From Octopus bimaculoides (lineage: Eukaryota): a DNA stretch of 64,000 nucleotides. Numbering within the stretch: position 1 is the first letter of the stretch; each line of letters starts with the position of its first letter. The stretch lies in assembly GCF_001194135.2 (NCBI RefSeq), contig NC_068986.1, positions 35,807,839 to 35,871,838 on the forward strand, read 5' to 3'. Below are positions 12,576 to 26,082 of this stretch, piece after piece. A model generated the notes under the pieces. It was not told the origin of the DNA. It ran no database searches and worked only from the letters and a program-made list of their open reading frames with translations. Position numbers and translations under genes: made by a program.

Positions 12576-15241
12576 GTGTTATATGTGTGTGTGCATGAGT
12601 GTGTGCACATACATACGTAAGTACATGCAAATACACGTATGCTTTTATACACGTATGTGCATATAAGGTATATACGGTTGTATTCATATAGATATTTGAT
12701 ATATATCCCTATGTACGCATAAAGAATTGCACACACGAATATACACATACATAATTTGGGTATATATGCAATTGGGTATTATACGGGGAAGTGTATATGT
12801 AATAAAACAAAACGATGGAGACCAACTGGGAAAGCAGAGAAAGAATCGAACAAATATAGCAACGGTGTATATGAAAATAAAAATATAAATTCGAAAATCT
12901 TATGTATTGTGTGTAAAAAAAAACAAAAAATAAACGAAGAAACAGAGTAAAAAGATAACGGTAAAACAAAATTTAAAGTATGCCTATATCGGAGAAAAAT
13001 CGAAAGAAACGAATATAGAAATGAAACAAAAAAGATCTACAAACAATTAGACATCTAAGAAACGGTATGGAATATAATTGCTACGTTTGGTCCATATCAC
13101 ATTTCTGTGTATATGGAATACCTTTGATATATTTATATAATTCATCATGGGTAGTCGAACTGGCGCGTGGTTTTAGACACCTTTATTGAAAAATTGCTGA
13201 TAATTTTGGTGCCTATGATTCTGCTGCAAATCGATCTTAGATAATATTTTCCTTCATTTTGACATACACACGTACGTATGGATTTACAACATAATCAAAC
13301 TTAGTGCCATACATACATATGTATATATATATATATATATATATNNNNNNNNNNNNNNNNNNNNNNNNNNNNNNNNNNNNNNNNNNNNNNNNNNNNNNNN
13401 NNNNATTTAGTATTAAGCTAGATATGTAAGTACGAAGGCTATTTTACAGTTGGCGAATGCTAAGAACGTTTAGAGTTCTCTCCCTTGAGTTTTCGGCCCT
13501 AGAATATTAGGTAAATACCAAATATTATTTATCTAGTCGTCATGTATAAAATAAAGTGTATTAATTTTCAATGAAAAAAAAAAAAACCCCAACTACAAAT
13601 GACCCTTTATATTTAAATCACCTGTTTATGTCATTTCTTGCCTCCTCAAATCTTTTACAAATATTTCTATGAAGAAAAAGTTTACGATAAAAATAACAAA
13701 CAGAAAGATGGTGGTGCTAAAAACCAGAAATGTTCAGAATCCCTTGCAAGCTCAACCAAGCAATACTGATAACTCTGAATATTTTTCCTAATCAGCGTAT
13801 CCATTACAGCACTGGTTATTTCTGTCGTTGAAGACATCGGAAATAATTAATCCCACCTTTTAATATTTGTGATGTTAGGAACAACGACTGATTTCTGCTG
13901 ATGTAGTAATGGCAGTATTGCGTGCTTCCGATTAGAATTGCTTTATCAGCAGAACACTACTTCCAGGACAAGTTATACTGTTCATGTGCTTAACCCTGTC
14001 GTTTTTTTTCTTTTTCGTTTCGGCTAACATGCAGATAAATTTTAAATATGAGATAAGTTTAACGCTTCGTTTCCTGCTCTCTGATAAAGTAATTTCTAGA
14101 TCTTCAGATATACAACATCATCGAGCTGATAGTTTCGTTGCTAAACTGTTCCATGATGTACTCGTAGGTTTCTTGAGTTTTATTTACCCAGAAGCGTTTG
14201 GGGAACATGTTTGAAATTTTGAAGTGCGTTTTCTTTCTTGTGCTTGCAATGAGAATACGTTTCCGTCCTCATATTTAAAACGTTCATTGTTTATTTAAAA
14301 TGTTTGATTTTTCCATGATACAGAGGCCTTAGCTATGATGCTCCAGTTTATGTACATTATCCATTAAAAGAACATACTCCCATAATCCTACGGTGGGTTC
14401 CCTAATTGCAAAGATCTATATGCATAACACATATTCATGACATTAGATGATCCACTGGTAAAAAGTATGCATACGATCGTATGAACTTACAAATCCATTG
14501 GTAAAGTCTGGCATAAAAAAATCTATGAAATCCATAAACAATTATATGTACAAACTCAAACATGTACAAAAATATGAAGGGATACATACATTTATATATA
14601 TATATATACGTATGCGTAATGTATGTGCGTTTCCACACACATGTGCACATACACCCATGTATATATAGATGAATATTGACATGCTTGTACCTTCTCGCAT
14701 AAGATAATTAAAAAATTAATTAATCTATGGTGAACACAATTTCTTGCTAAATTCCAGGTTTAGTCCTCTTATGATCTGTGTCTTTACGTATTAGAAAATC
14801 TCGTCCAGTCTAGTGTTTTCTCATGTAACCTTATCCAAAATGGACACTACAAACACTACTACGTGGCATGCTTGGAGATCTCACGAGAGCATTGGTTGCC
14901 TTGTTAGTCTACAAATAAAGAATATTTATCTCCCATTGCAGTGATAAGCACTCTTTCCCCCTGTTCTATATTAGCGTCGATTTAGCCAAACTATCAGAGC
15001 GATGGGGAGGCACTGCTGACACGAGTATGCAACTGATTGGCGTATCTAGTTTAGTCAAGTGCTCCCAGATTCGCTCATGGGGCGGTAATCTCAGCTGTCA
15101 GCGTAAATATATTATGAGCTACACGCAACATTAATGTTAATTCTTATTTACTGCAATATAGATGCTATTCAGCATTCTCAGTCGCAATTAGTGAGGATTA
15201 AACTTTACTTTATTTTTTACGATGCCTAGATGCTTATATTA

Positions 15242-15272
<31 letters not shown>

Positions 15273-16204
15273 ATGTAGCTGTACTCTAGTCCCTTTACAA
15301 GTGTCTGAAGGTTTGAATTTGCAGTGAATCTTATTTGATGTCAGAGCCATGACCTACTGTACATGATGTTCCCGTTTGTTCGATAGACAGTTTCATTATG
15401 TCAACGTAGTTAAAATCTCTCGAAGTTGTATTTGTTTCAGTAAACGTAGAAGAATGGTAAATGAAGTCATGCTTGATGAGATAAAGTCAATAAAAGCCTT
15501 ATGATGCGTGCACAGTTATTCCAGTTGAGAGCAGAGCATGAACACCAATCAAAACAACTACTGAACTTTATCCACCAGTGTAGCCTGTGTTAACATAGCT
15601 GGGTTCATTTTAATACAGAATGTGTTTGATATTAATTATTGTGAGGTAGACAGTCATATAAATGATTTGTATGGGCAAAGAGTAACACTGTGTGTGCAGC
15701 TTTATGATAGAAAGTTCTGTGAAAGAATTATTTAGAATTAATTCTTAGAAGTGAGAATATGCAATAGTGAGAGCAGAGAATTCATTGAAAAATATTTGAA
15801 CATGGGTATCGTATAATTATATTTCCTGAAAATGTATGAACATTGTCTCATTTTTTCATTCTTTGAATGACGAAGCCAGAGACTTGGGAGATACTGACTT
15901 CCTCATTCATAATACTCCAATATTTATAACATATTTGTTTTCATCAAGAATTCATTATATTCCGGAAATGTCATTTTAGTAAATGGATAATTGCTTATTT
16001 TCATATTAACTTTAAGATATCATTAAATTAGAACCTTTTCTTTGCCTTTTTCTATTTCTGATGGGAGAAAGATTATAAACTTTAGATGAGAGACCCGAAT
16101 GATTCCAATAGACTGTACTATGCTAAAGTACCTAACACTCATATGGTAGTATTAGACCTGGCAATCAATTAGGTTTGCCACCAAGGAACAAGAACGATAT
16201 AAAC

Positions 16205-16350
16205 AAGTCTCCAACAAAATTTCACTCACTAAGGCTTTGATCGATGCAAGGCTATGATAGAAGACACCTGCTCAAGTTGTTCTGCAGTGGAATTGAACGC
16301 TTAACCACACAGTTGCAAAGCAAACTTCTTAGTCTTACAGCCATGCCTGT
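16205..16350 (-). mobile_element. Degenerate SINE family C 5' half
   Basis: ttcactcactaaggctttgatcg..gctatgatagaagacacctgctcaag..cagtggaattgaac..caaacttctt..cagccatgcct. Confidence 0.6.
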
Positions 16351-16702
16351 GTCTATTCCCTATCTTATAGCCATACTCGATCCTTATTTTCTCTGCAACA
16401 GAGGTAAGTCTAAGTCAACTCCAACGAGCAGAAGCAGTTTCTTTATGATCTTATGATCTCTATTTTAATAGAGATATGTAATTACTAGTTATCGGAAAAC
16501 ATGTTTTCCATCTTAATTTTGGCACAAATTCATTTGAAGCTTTCAACAATTTTAGAATTTAAAAACGCCTAATCTGTGAGTAGATTCAAAGATTTGTTTA
16601 GATTTTATATATTCTTAATAGACTAACATAAAAATTTGGAGGCCAATAGTAAAAGTATAGAAATTGAGAGAGAGTGAGTAATAGGTTAAAAAAGAGGGAG
16701 GA

Positions 16703-16755
<53 letters not shown>

Positions 16756-17419
16756 GGTAACAAGGAAAAGAGAAGATAGAAAGAAAGGGGAAAGGGGGAT
16801 GCAGAAAGAAAGCAAAAGAAATCATGTTTTCCACAAGATCTGGCAGAAATATTTCAGTTAGCATCAATAGAACCACTTAGCTGATTGATTTGCTTAGCTA
16901 ATGTCTGTGGCTAAAGCCATTTAAACTCTCTTGACCTGAAGAAATAAGCAACCTTCCTTCCTCTTCATAAATAAATAAACAAATAAATAAATATAAATCA
17001 AAAACAAAAAAAAATCAAAACGAAATGAAACGAACAGAAAAAAAAAATAATAGTTAAAACTATAACAACAGTATAAAGAAAAAAGAAGAAACAAAATACA
17101 CATTGTTTAGTGATGATGGTTTCAGATCTAAATATAGTCTAGATTCTGACATAAAACTGATGTATTCCTCTTCACTGTTGAATAATAAATATAAAGTAAA
17201 ATGAAACAAATGGGAAGCAAATATTGCAAGAACAAATAAAAATCACTTCACTTTACTCTATAATCATTTCTATCTTCTGTTTTACAATTCTATTTTCTCC
17301 TTCTCCTACCATACATTTTCTTCATCGTCATCGTTTTATTCGTTTATCACCATACGTTTATCTCTTTCTCTTTTTTTTTCTCTTTTTTGCCCACTTACCA
17401 TCATAATCGGGTTAATATT

Positions 17420-17600
17420 TATTTTAGCTATGCTTGCATGTGTAGGATTGCATGCTGCATGGAAACCTCTCATTCCATTTTATCGCATCTCTGGTCAGCT
17501 TCCGCTTTTTCAGTCCATATTCTTTGAGGTCATCGTTGATTATTAATCAGGTCTCGGTTACCATTGGTCACGCATTTACGTCATTCATTATTACAGAACT
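17420..17600 (-). mobile_element. Possible 3' end of a decayed RTE-type LINE
   Basis: Minus-strand IINDDLKEYGLKKRKLTRDAIKW resembles the RTE C-terminal ..DL...GL...M..DR..W pattern. Weak. Confidence 0.3.
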
Positions 17601-19130
17601 GTTTTTTGCTTTCTTTCTTTCGTTCGTTCGTTCATACATTTATTGCTTAGTCACAGCTATAACACAACATTTCAGTGTGTAGCAAGCGATAATTTCTGAA
17701 TAGCTTTCAGAGAATTAGGCAATAAAAAAAATCGACTAAGAACGATCGTTGCATTGTAACAAATTCAAATTTTCCACTTTGAATTGAAATGTTAAAATTG
17801 AAATACATTTCGATTATTTTTATTTTTTAAACTTATTCAATCAAGTCTATGCATTGATTTAATAATGTAATAATTTATGTCTTTCCATTAAAGTGGCCAA
17901 TTTTAAGGCTGAAAAGTAACTAAAATACGACTGGTATCATGTCCAATACCAAGAAAATTAACATACACCAAATTGTAGTAGGGAGTCTTCAATAATCGCT
18001 AAAGTCATTATTGCAAAGAATGGGAGCATGTTACAATTCCAAATTACATCATTTGATACAAGAAATTAGATACTCGGGCATAAAAATCCACGCAGTTAAG
18101 AGATACGGTGCTATTTACATGCAGTCGTAGATGTCCAGAATAACTTTGGGACTAGAATAAATAAGTAAATGCTTAACTAGTGTATTCCTCAGTTACGTTA
18201 TATTCTTTCAATACAATGCAATCAGAGATCATTTACCACTTCGAGTTTATGACAGAAGAACGGCATTTATATCTATAAAGGAACGGTCAAATTGTATGTC
18301 AATTAAAATTACCGACAATGGCCTCTCCTAGGATTTTTACAGCAATACATCTACGGCTGAAAATCTTGAACGAACCTTTTCACCCCCTATTACTTACAGA
18401 ATCACATGCGCCACTTCTCTCTCCCTCTTTCTCTCTCTCTCGCGTGCTTGCTTGCTTGCATATGTACACATATCCATAACATTTACTTATACACACACAC
18501 TCTCACACATATGTATATATGCATATTCACTAGTGAAGGATTTGTCACATTAACACTAACCCAAGAGATTAATAAGATCATTAGCAATTTCAAATTTCCA
18601 AAAGTCTGAAACATATCCTCTAAAAACTCTTCCGGCAAATAAAGTGTAATTGTAATGTATATATATATATAACGTACGTATGCATATATTTAAAGGCGCA
18701 TAAATGTATGTATACATAAACACATACTCACTCATGTATGTAAATATATAAAAATATGGTGGTACTAAACGTGGGACAGGTAAAATAGAATCTATCTATC
18801 TATCTGTGTGTGTGTGCGTGTGTATTTGTATGCATGGAAATATTCAAGTACATATACATGTACACGCAAATGAACATATCTATCGAGTTAATTTTTACGG
18901 GGTCGAGAATATGATATAGTAAATTGTGATCTAAATAAACTATTCAGATTTTAGAAGATACGTTAAATAAATGCAAAATGAAAGGTACTGGTATAATACA
19001 TATAAACAGCGATAATATACTAGGGCTGGCATTGAATATGAAAACTAGCAACAAATCCATGCTGATATCTTTACCGTAGTGGCTACAAAATAGCCAGTTC
19101 AAAACGAAGTCTAATTAATCATACTAAGAT

Positions 19131-19393
19131 ACTTCTCGCGACGTCAACGAAACGCTTGGTGAGTAAATTGCTAGTGAGTGGACAGATCGAAAATGATTTC
19201 AACGATTTCCCAGGGGAGACCTGAACCTTGAAGATCGTCACCGTAATGGACGCCCATCTATCATCGATGACCGTCAATTAAAGACCATCATTGAGAAAGA
19301 TCCAAGTAAATCCACTGGAGAACTGGCAAATGAATTTCAAGTTAGCGAGAAAACTGTTGAAACCATTTGCATGCGATCGGAAAATTAAAAAAA
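19131..19393 (+). mobile_element. Mariner transposase N-terminal HTH fragment (pseudogenised)
   Basis: TSRDVNETLGE*IASEWTDRK*FQRFPRGDLNLEDRHRNGRPSIIDDRQLKTIIEKDPSKSTGELANEFQVSEKTVET/HLHAIGKIKK, the typical mariner WF..F..GD..LED..R.GRP...L..II..DP....E.A...H....G..KK pattern. Confidence 0.85.
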
Positions 19394-19419
19394 TACATAG
19401 ATTTGTTAGTGTCATGAGG

Positions 19420-19705
19420 GAGAGGTTTGCTTCAACAACCACCGGATGCTCTTTCATGGGCATTATTGTTTTGAGTCCTTCGAATCATAGGGCCGGTTAT
19501 TCGGTTTCTGTGACGTTTAAGTGATCGACATCACAACGTTTCCACTGATTAGGATGTCAATCTGTCACAGAGTTACTCATTTACAGCTGAGTGGACTGGA
19601 ACCATATGAAATGAAGCGTTTTGCTCAAGAGCACGACGCACGTCCCAGTCTGAGAATCAAGACTACGATCTTGAGATTGTGACATTAATTTAACACCTAG
19701 GCCAG
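19420..19705 (-). mobile_element. CORE-like tRNA SINE, degenerate
   Basis: cagctgagtggactgga..tgaaatgaagcgttttgctcaagagcacgacgc is the reverse complement of the body in the 33670 and 32130 copies. Confidence 0.6.
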
Positions 19706-20002
19706 GTGGTTTCGCTATCTATTTCAAAGACCTCCCTATATCTTCATATTTCCAATTGTTTAAATGTCGATCAGTATTCGTAGTTTAATCCCAGGTTATT
19801 CGTCAATAAACATAATTAAAAAACGATTTTCAGTCTCACAAAACTTACATATTTGCTTGACACTAAATAAATAAATTTTAAATTATTTTAATGTTACAAA
19901 CATTGTAAATGCAAACACAGGTGTATAATATTTAAAGCGCAAATAACAGAGTTATTATATTATTTAAGATCGTAAAAATAAAATAAACTGGTGTTGACAT
20001 AC

Positions 20003-20127
20003 CTTAGCATACATTCTAGGGAATGCATTGCATCCTTTTGACTTGGAATGAAAACATCCCTTTGTTTGCGAATGAGGTTTAAGCAGTAATCTATGAATAA
20101 GTTGAAGGATTCTATCAGCGATTCTTC
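20003..20127 (-). CDS. BAIAP3: Internal exon (125 nt, phase 0/2): EESLIESFNLFIDYCLNLIRKQRDVFIPSQKDAMHSLECML(R/S)
   Basis: Acceptor catttccttcattctag|GAAGAA and donor CTAAG|gtatgt. Matches the EE.L..SF..F..Y.L.LIR..RD.F pattern. The ORF track shows only another frame here. Confidence 0.87.
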
Positions 20128-20296
20128 CTAGAATGAAGGAAATGAATATAGATATAAACATTATATGACAAACACATATAAAGGCAGAATGTTATAAAAA
20201 TGCGTACACGTACACAGATTTATAAATGTATGTGCCCAGTTAGTGCTGATTGTTGGAAAAGAGAGTAGTCAATGTCATTGAAGAGATTCTTTTCTT

Positions 20297-20725
20297 ATCT
20301 AGGCACAAGGCCCGAAATTTTTGGGGAGGGGCCAGTCGATTAGTTCGACCTCAGTACACAACTGGTACTTAATTTATCGACTCCGAAAGGATGAAAAGCA
20401 AAGTCAACCTGGGCGGAATTTGAACTCAGATGGTAAAGATAGACGAAATACCGCTAAGCATTTCGCCTGGCGTACTAACGTTTCTTATTTCTTTACTGCC
20501 CACAAGGGGCTAAACATAGATGGAACAAACAAGGACAGACAAAGGGCTTAAGTCGATTACATCGACCCCAGTGCGAAACTGGTACTTATTTAATCGACCC
20601 CGAAAGGATGACAGGCAAAGTCGACCTCGGCGGAATTTGAACACAGAACGTAGCGGCAGACGAAATACCGCAAAGCATTTAAGCATTTCGCCCGGCGTGC
20701 TAACGTTCTGCCAGCTCGTCGCCTT
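20297..20725 (-). mobile_element. Dimeric SINE family B, complete
   Basis: Full head (aaggcgacgagctggcagaacgttagc on minus), two core units and two different tails. Same internal junction as 10305-10643. Confidence 0.85.
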
Positions 20726-20834
20726 GAGATTGATAACATATTCAGTCATAACTTGCCTGAAGACTCTGTGCAATCACAAGCAAAACTCTGAGTAGCAGGA
20801 GACTGACTCGACCTCCACCCCCCTCCCCACACAC

Positions 20835-20865
<31 letters not shown>

Positions 20866-21461
20866 AAACTATGCACTAAAACATGGGTTCAAATTGTTAA
20901 CAACCCTAATTTTTTTCCTTTGACTAACTCCAGATTTCCTTTTAATTTTTGATAAGATGGATACATGGATACCAGTTATATCTTAAATCACTCAATGTAA
21001 CAAAAATATTAGACATTCTCTAAAATATATTGTTGTGCCTTTTCGAACTCGATTTACATTTTGAACCATAATTTATTATTTGTATGGACTCTTAACCCCC
21101 TTTCAACTATATAAATATACATATACATACATATATATACAGACGCCCCCCCCCACGCCCCCCATATATATATANNNNNNNNNNNNNNNNNNNNNNNNNN
21201 NNNNNNNNNNNNNNNNNNNNNNNNNNNNNNNNNNNNNNNNNNNNNNNNNNNNNNNNNNNNNNNNNNNNNNNNNNNNNNNNNNNNNNNNNNNNNNNNNNNN
21301 NNNNNNNNNNNNNNNNNNNNNNNNNNNNNNNNNNNNNNNNNNNNNNNNNNNNNNNNNNNNNNNNNNNNNNNNNNNNNNNNNNNNNNNNNNNNNNNNNNNN
21401 NNNNNNNNNNNNNNNNNNNNNNNNNNNNNNNNNNNNNNNNNNNNNNNNNNNNNNNNNNNNN

Positions 21462-21508
<47 letters not shown>

Positions 21509-22149
21509 GAGAGAGAGAGAGAGAGAGAGAAATAGAGAGAGAGGGATAGAGAGAGTGAGAGAGAGAGTGAAATTAGGAGGAACTCGAAAATAGCTTCTAC
21601 GAGAAAGTATTTAGGCATCCGTTAATCAGGTTAGATTACGGTGGTACTTGAGCAAGCCAGCAACAATCGTTCTTTCATTACATGTCCATGCGATATGTTT
21701 GCATAAATTAAACTTAAGAATTTCAGGGACAGCAGTTACTAGATGGAGAGACAATTGGTTTGGTAGTGACAGATTACATATCAGTTTGTGTGGCTGCGTC
21801 AGGACCTAGTACATTCAGTAGGCAATAATCTGACATCGGGTGGTGGCAGAGTCTATATATATCCGGCGATAGTGCACTGGCCAGCTAGGGCTAAGTATGC
21901 TCGAATGATAGTTTCCGTATATCAATGTTTAATGACTTAAAGTCCATTAACACGTACACACACACACACTCGCACACACACACGCGCGCGCGGACACATG
22001 GCACACATGCAGTCATACACATGTCTGAACTGAAATATACTTTCTGCTGAGTCAGATGTCAGATCGCAGCGATCAACTGACGATCACCTTTTGAGAAAAA
22101 GTGGGAGCAGTATGGTGGCATGCCCTATAATAACGCATCGCTGCTACCA

Positions 22150-22445
22150 CTCTTTCTAGGGGATTCTTTATTGCTCCTGGTAGATGATGCCTTTGCACCA
22201 CTCAGGTGACAACTCTCATGGGTCTCTTTTGGAGTAGTCGATCTTGGCGAGGGTTTACCGAGGCTGCATTGCAAATCCTGCCTCAACAACTTTTGCGACA
22301 CGCGCCAGTCCCGGTACTACTGTGTTAGAGCAACATGAAATGGAGTGTTTTACTCAAGAACACAATACACCGGCTGCTCCGGGATTCGAATCCTCGAGCT
22401 GGTGATAGCGAGAGTAACATCCGAACCACAAGATCATGCACCTTA
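22150..22445 (-). mobile_element. CORE-like tRNA SINE, degenerate
   Basis: gcaacatgaaatggagtgttttactcaagaacacaatacac..gggattcgaatcc.., carrying a B box and CORE-like segment on minus. Confidence 0.6.
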
Positions 22446-22515
22446 AGAAAAAGATTTTTATTTAGGTAAACGAGAAACTCTGCAGCATCATATATTGACT
22501 GCTCTCTTCCTCTAT

Positions 22516-22552
<37 letters not shown>

Positions 22553-23739
22553 CCGCACACTTGTACANNNNNNNNNNCCCCCCATAATATTTTTTCAGTC
22601 CGAACCTAAAGTAAAAGCCTGTCATACGTTGACTCTGGTAACAGAATCATGCAAGAAATCTTGTACCTATTGAAATCGATTGCATAATAGGTTATATAAG
22701 AATGTTCCAGAGATCCAGGAATAATGTAGGAATATTTGAGCTTATTGAAAAGCTACGGACCAAAATGCAGGCGAATCAAAGCAAGGTCGTTCACGTAAAC
22801 ACACCACGGTGTTGCGGGTAATTCATGAAACATTATGAGCTGGGTATAAAGAATAGAATTCCTTAGAAGATTCATATCAGCATCTCGGATGGAGAATTAT
22901 AAATCTCTTTGACCATCAAGAAGCGTGGTTTAATTCATATACGTCGTAAATTACTCGATATTTTGTGTTAATATAGCTAATCCAGTATCAGTAGACACAA
23001 TTTATGTGATGAAAGTGAAATAGTATTGATTTTGTTTCTGCTCACCGACTTGTTAATAACATACATTGAAACTAGCGGATTTCAATGCATTTTACAATCA
23101 ATCAACAGAAACCATAAATTGAAATCAGCCACACAGAAAACGATATTCTAAAGTTTTATTTTTCTTTATCTGGATTAAACGAGGAAAATATAGAGACTAC
23201 CATCTTGTTCAGAATCTACATAATTGCCGGAAGAAAAGGCGAAAGTTATCCTCGGACTTGAGGCCTTATCCAGATGCTTATCAAAGTGAGCACGCCACTA
23301 ACGCCACCCCTATGACATATGATGGTTTCAAACTGCCCGGTTTTACACCAGAGACATTATTAAACGGATGGTCTAAAAACGGATAAACCCTTAAATCAGT
23401 GAAACATTGGTATTTCAAACACAACATTATAGCCATATCGATGGAAGAAGCGTTGTAGTTATTATCTGTTCAGGCAACGTGTCTCCTTTATATGAGAGAA
23501 TATAGAAAGATGAAGCTAGTAAAGTAATACGGTCTTTAAAAACTGGATGTAGAAAAGCGTAAAATAGAATGCAAGCTATTGAACTGAACATGGAATGTTG
23601 CCATACATACATTTTAGCTTGAATTACTAAGTGTAGCAGAAATGAAGTGAATGAATGTACGATGCAGAAAAATATGTTATAGAATGGTAATTAGAAAATA
23701 TAAAATTCAATGGAGTGAAGTCTATATCATTTAAGCAAC

Positions 23740-24150
23740 TGCATCTCTTCTTCATGTGTTTTGTTATTAGATTTTGTAGCAGTTATGTGTAGTAGTACAC
23801 GCTTCAAGACAGGAAGATTTGTGGATTCGCAGCAACTGTCATATTGTATGGTGGATTGTATTACACGATTTCTTTCCTTTCGTTTTTATTTTTGGTTCAT
23901 GAGGCATTTCATTTATTTCAATTTTCATTGAAGCTGCTTCTTGGTAATATAGCTTTGCAATGGAAGGTTTTGGAAATATATTTTGTTTGGTGAAAGTTTT
24001 GATATTATTCTTCATATACTTAGCTTCAAATTTTGCTATGGTTGTCAGATGGCGGTTAGAGCATCTATCGATATATACTGCTTCTTTTTCTTACTTTTTG
24101 GGAGAGGTATTGTTTGTCTGTGCTCACGTCTATTTTTATGTCAAGGTAAT
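23740..24150 (-). mobile_element. Decayed Penelope-like element ORF (RT thumb/linker region)
   Basis: Minus-strand remnants KLSPNKIYF, AKLYYQEA and NERKEIV*YNPPYNMTVAANPQIFLS resemble the PLE linker motif RK..I.W(Y/F)NPP(Y/F)S..V.TN....FL. Confidence 0.5.
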
Positions 24151-24269
24151 TAATGAATCTTATCGTTATAGAGATTATCATATATCGCAAATAAATGGCT
24201 GGAGACAATGTATAAGTATATTGCGTTTTGTGAATAAACAACTTTTCTTAATATCAACAGAGAAAAAGG

Positions 24270-24482
24270 CAGCGAGCAGCCTGAATCGTTAGCCTGCCGG
24301 ATAAGATATTTAGTAGCATTTCGTCCGTCTTTGCGTTCTGAGCTCAAATTCCGCTGAGGCTGATTTTGCCTTCTATCCTCTCGAGGTCAATAAAATAAGT
24401 GCCGGTTGAATACTGGGGTTGATCTACTCGACGTACTTTCTTCTCCCGAAATTACTAGCCTTGTTCTAAAATTTGAAACCAA
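24270..24482 (+). mobile_element. SINE family B monomer
   Basis: aaggcagcgagcagcctgaatcgttagc..gttctgagctcaaattccgctgagg..tcaataaaataagt..tactggggttgat..aaatttgaaaccaat. Confidence 0.75.
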
Positions 24483-25744
24483 TCTCAACAGAGAGGGTCT
24501 AAAAAATGCTACCCTCCCACCAGCATAGAGAGAAAAATGTCTCCTCAAACAATTCAAAAACGAAAGTGGTTAAAAATTAAAGTTCTATCCAAACTAATGT
24601 TATTCTGAATAATCAGCCCTTTAGATGTAAGCATCCATTACGTAAACATGTACCAATTATCAAAAACGTGAAAACAAATTAATTTACCCCAGAAAATATT
24701 CCAATAAACACAAAGATACAAAATCGCCATATCATAAAATCTGGTGGGGTCAATGAGAATAATGTATGGAGCATTGTGTAAAGACTTCGAGTAGAGCTAA
24801 ACCCGTTATTCATTTACGTTCTCTGCTGAAATATTGTAATGGCGAATATATAGGGACTCAAGCACTCAAGGTTGACTATATATTTGCAAATACTTGTATT
24901 TTTACACTTCCTCGAATAAACTCTGACAATATTATTTGAAGAAGTGTGGCAGTTGCTTACTCCTGCATTTCTGTCCACTCCCCGCCGCCGATGTTCATTC
25001 AGAACGAAGGTTGGTAACTTAGGTCGATGCAAATTGGCACTTGTGTCATTGTAGGAGTGGTGTGAAAACGCGGCGGAAAACAAATATATGACCCCTCAAG
25101 AAATGGCGTAATAAGCCAGAAATATTGAATACAATATTAGTCTACATTAATTCATATATATGTTTTCTTGTGATTTACCTTGCATTTATTCGCATGTGGA
25201 GTATCACTACTACCCATACAGCGAAGTAAATAAAGATTGAATGAACGTGTGCGCTGTAGATAATTATTCAGAATTGGCAAAACAAAAAAAAAAAGGAAAC
25301 ATCTGTTCATATCTAAGAAAACATGAGAGATGCTTGCAGGGAAGCCAACACGTGTCGACTAACTGTATGTGTGACCAGAAAACATGATGAATATTTGTTT
25401 TGAATATCAATGACATATGCTAACGGGTAAAGCACATCACGGAAAACATATCATACAAACTATTTTTACTATTATGTAAATGACCAGTATAAGAATGACA
25501 AAACGATAAGTAAGTATTACGGGCAAGAGAGAAAAGATAATGGGAAAGAAAGTGGGACAGAAAGAGAAAAAGGAATGAGAGGGAGAGAGAGAGAGGGGGA
25601 GAGAGTGACAGACAGACAGACAGAGGGAGGGAGAGAGTGGGGGTAAATGAGGGGAAATAAGGAAGGGGTGGATTGAAAAATCTATGAGATTGGAAACAAA
25701 TATTCAAATAAAGACAGAATTTATTTGTACACAGGCACTAGGTC

Positions 25745-25850
25745 ACCATCTTGGTGTAAGGATACAGACGATAATATCGATTAAATGGAATCTTAGTGGT
25801 TAGCTGGTATTTTGTTGTATTGATCTCAGAAAGGTGAAAAACAAGTGTTT
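25745..25850 (-). mobile_element. Very degenerate SINE family B fragment
   Basis: tcgattaaat..gctggtattttgttgtattgatctcagaaaggtgaaaaacaag aligns with the family B core. Confidence 0.4.
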
Positions 25851-26047
25851 GAAGAAAATGCTACTGATAAAAAATTTAACTTTGTCGAATAATAATATTT
25901 AATTTTTTCTTATAATAACTAGTTTTGACTAATGCCTAGTTTTGAGTGATAGGAGGCATTATTACATGTCTTCTACTTTACACTGTAAGGGTACACGCGA
26001 TTTCCTCAGACTATTCATTTTCTTCTCTCCGAACTGTTCCATGTTCC

Positions 26048-26082
26048 CTCTTTCTGACGAAGAGCCATGCTCGAAACGTCAC
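26048..26082 (+). ncRNA. Minimal type I hammerhead-ribozyme motif (Penelope-type); stem I 3' strand missing
   Basis: CTGACGA(26054-60)-A-GAGC cat GCTC-GAA-ACGT-C. Core and stem II are intact and stem III is the palindromic ACGT. Downstream acacac cannot pair with upstream ctcttt. Confidence 0.6.

Noticed and set aside
20812-21165. Short C-runs as G-quadruplex candidates on the minus strand
   Set aside because: These are low-complexity tracts beside microsatellites and a gap, with no supporting context.
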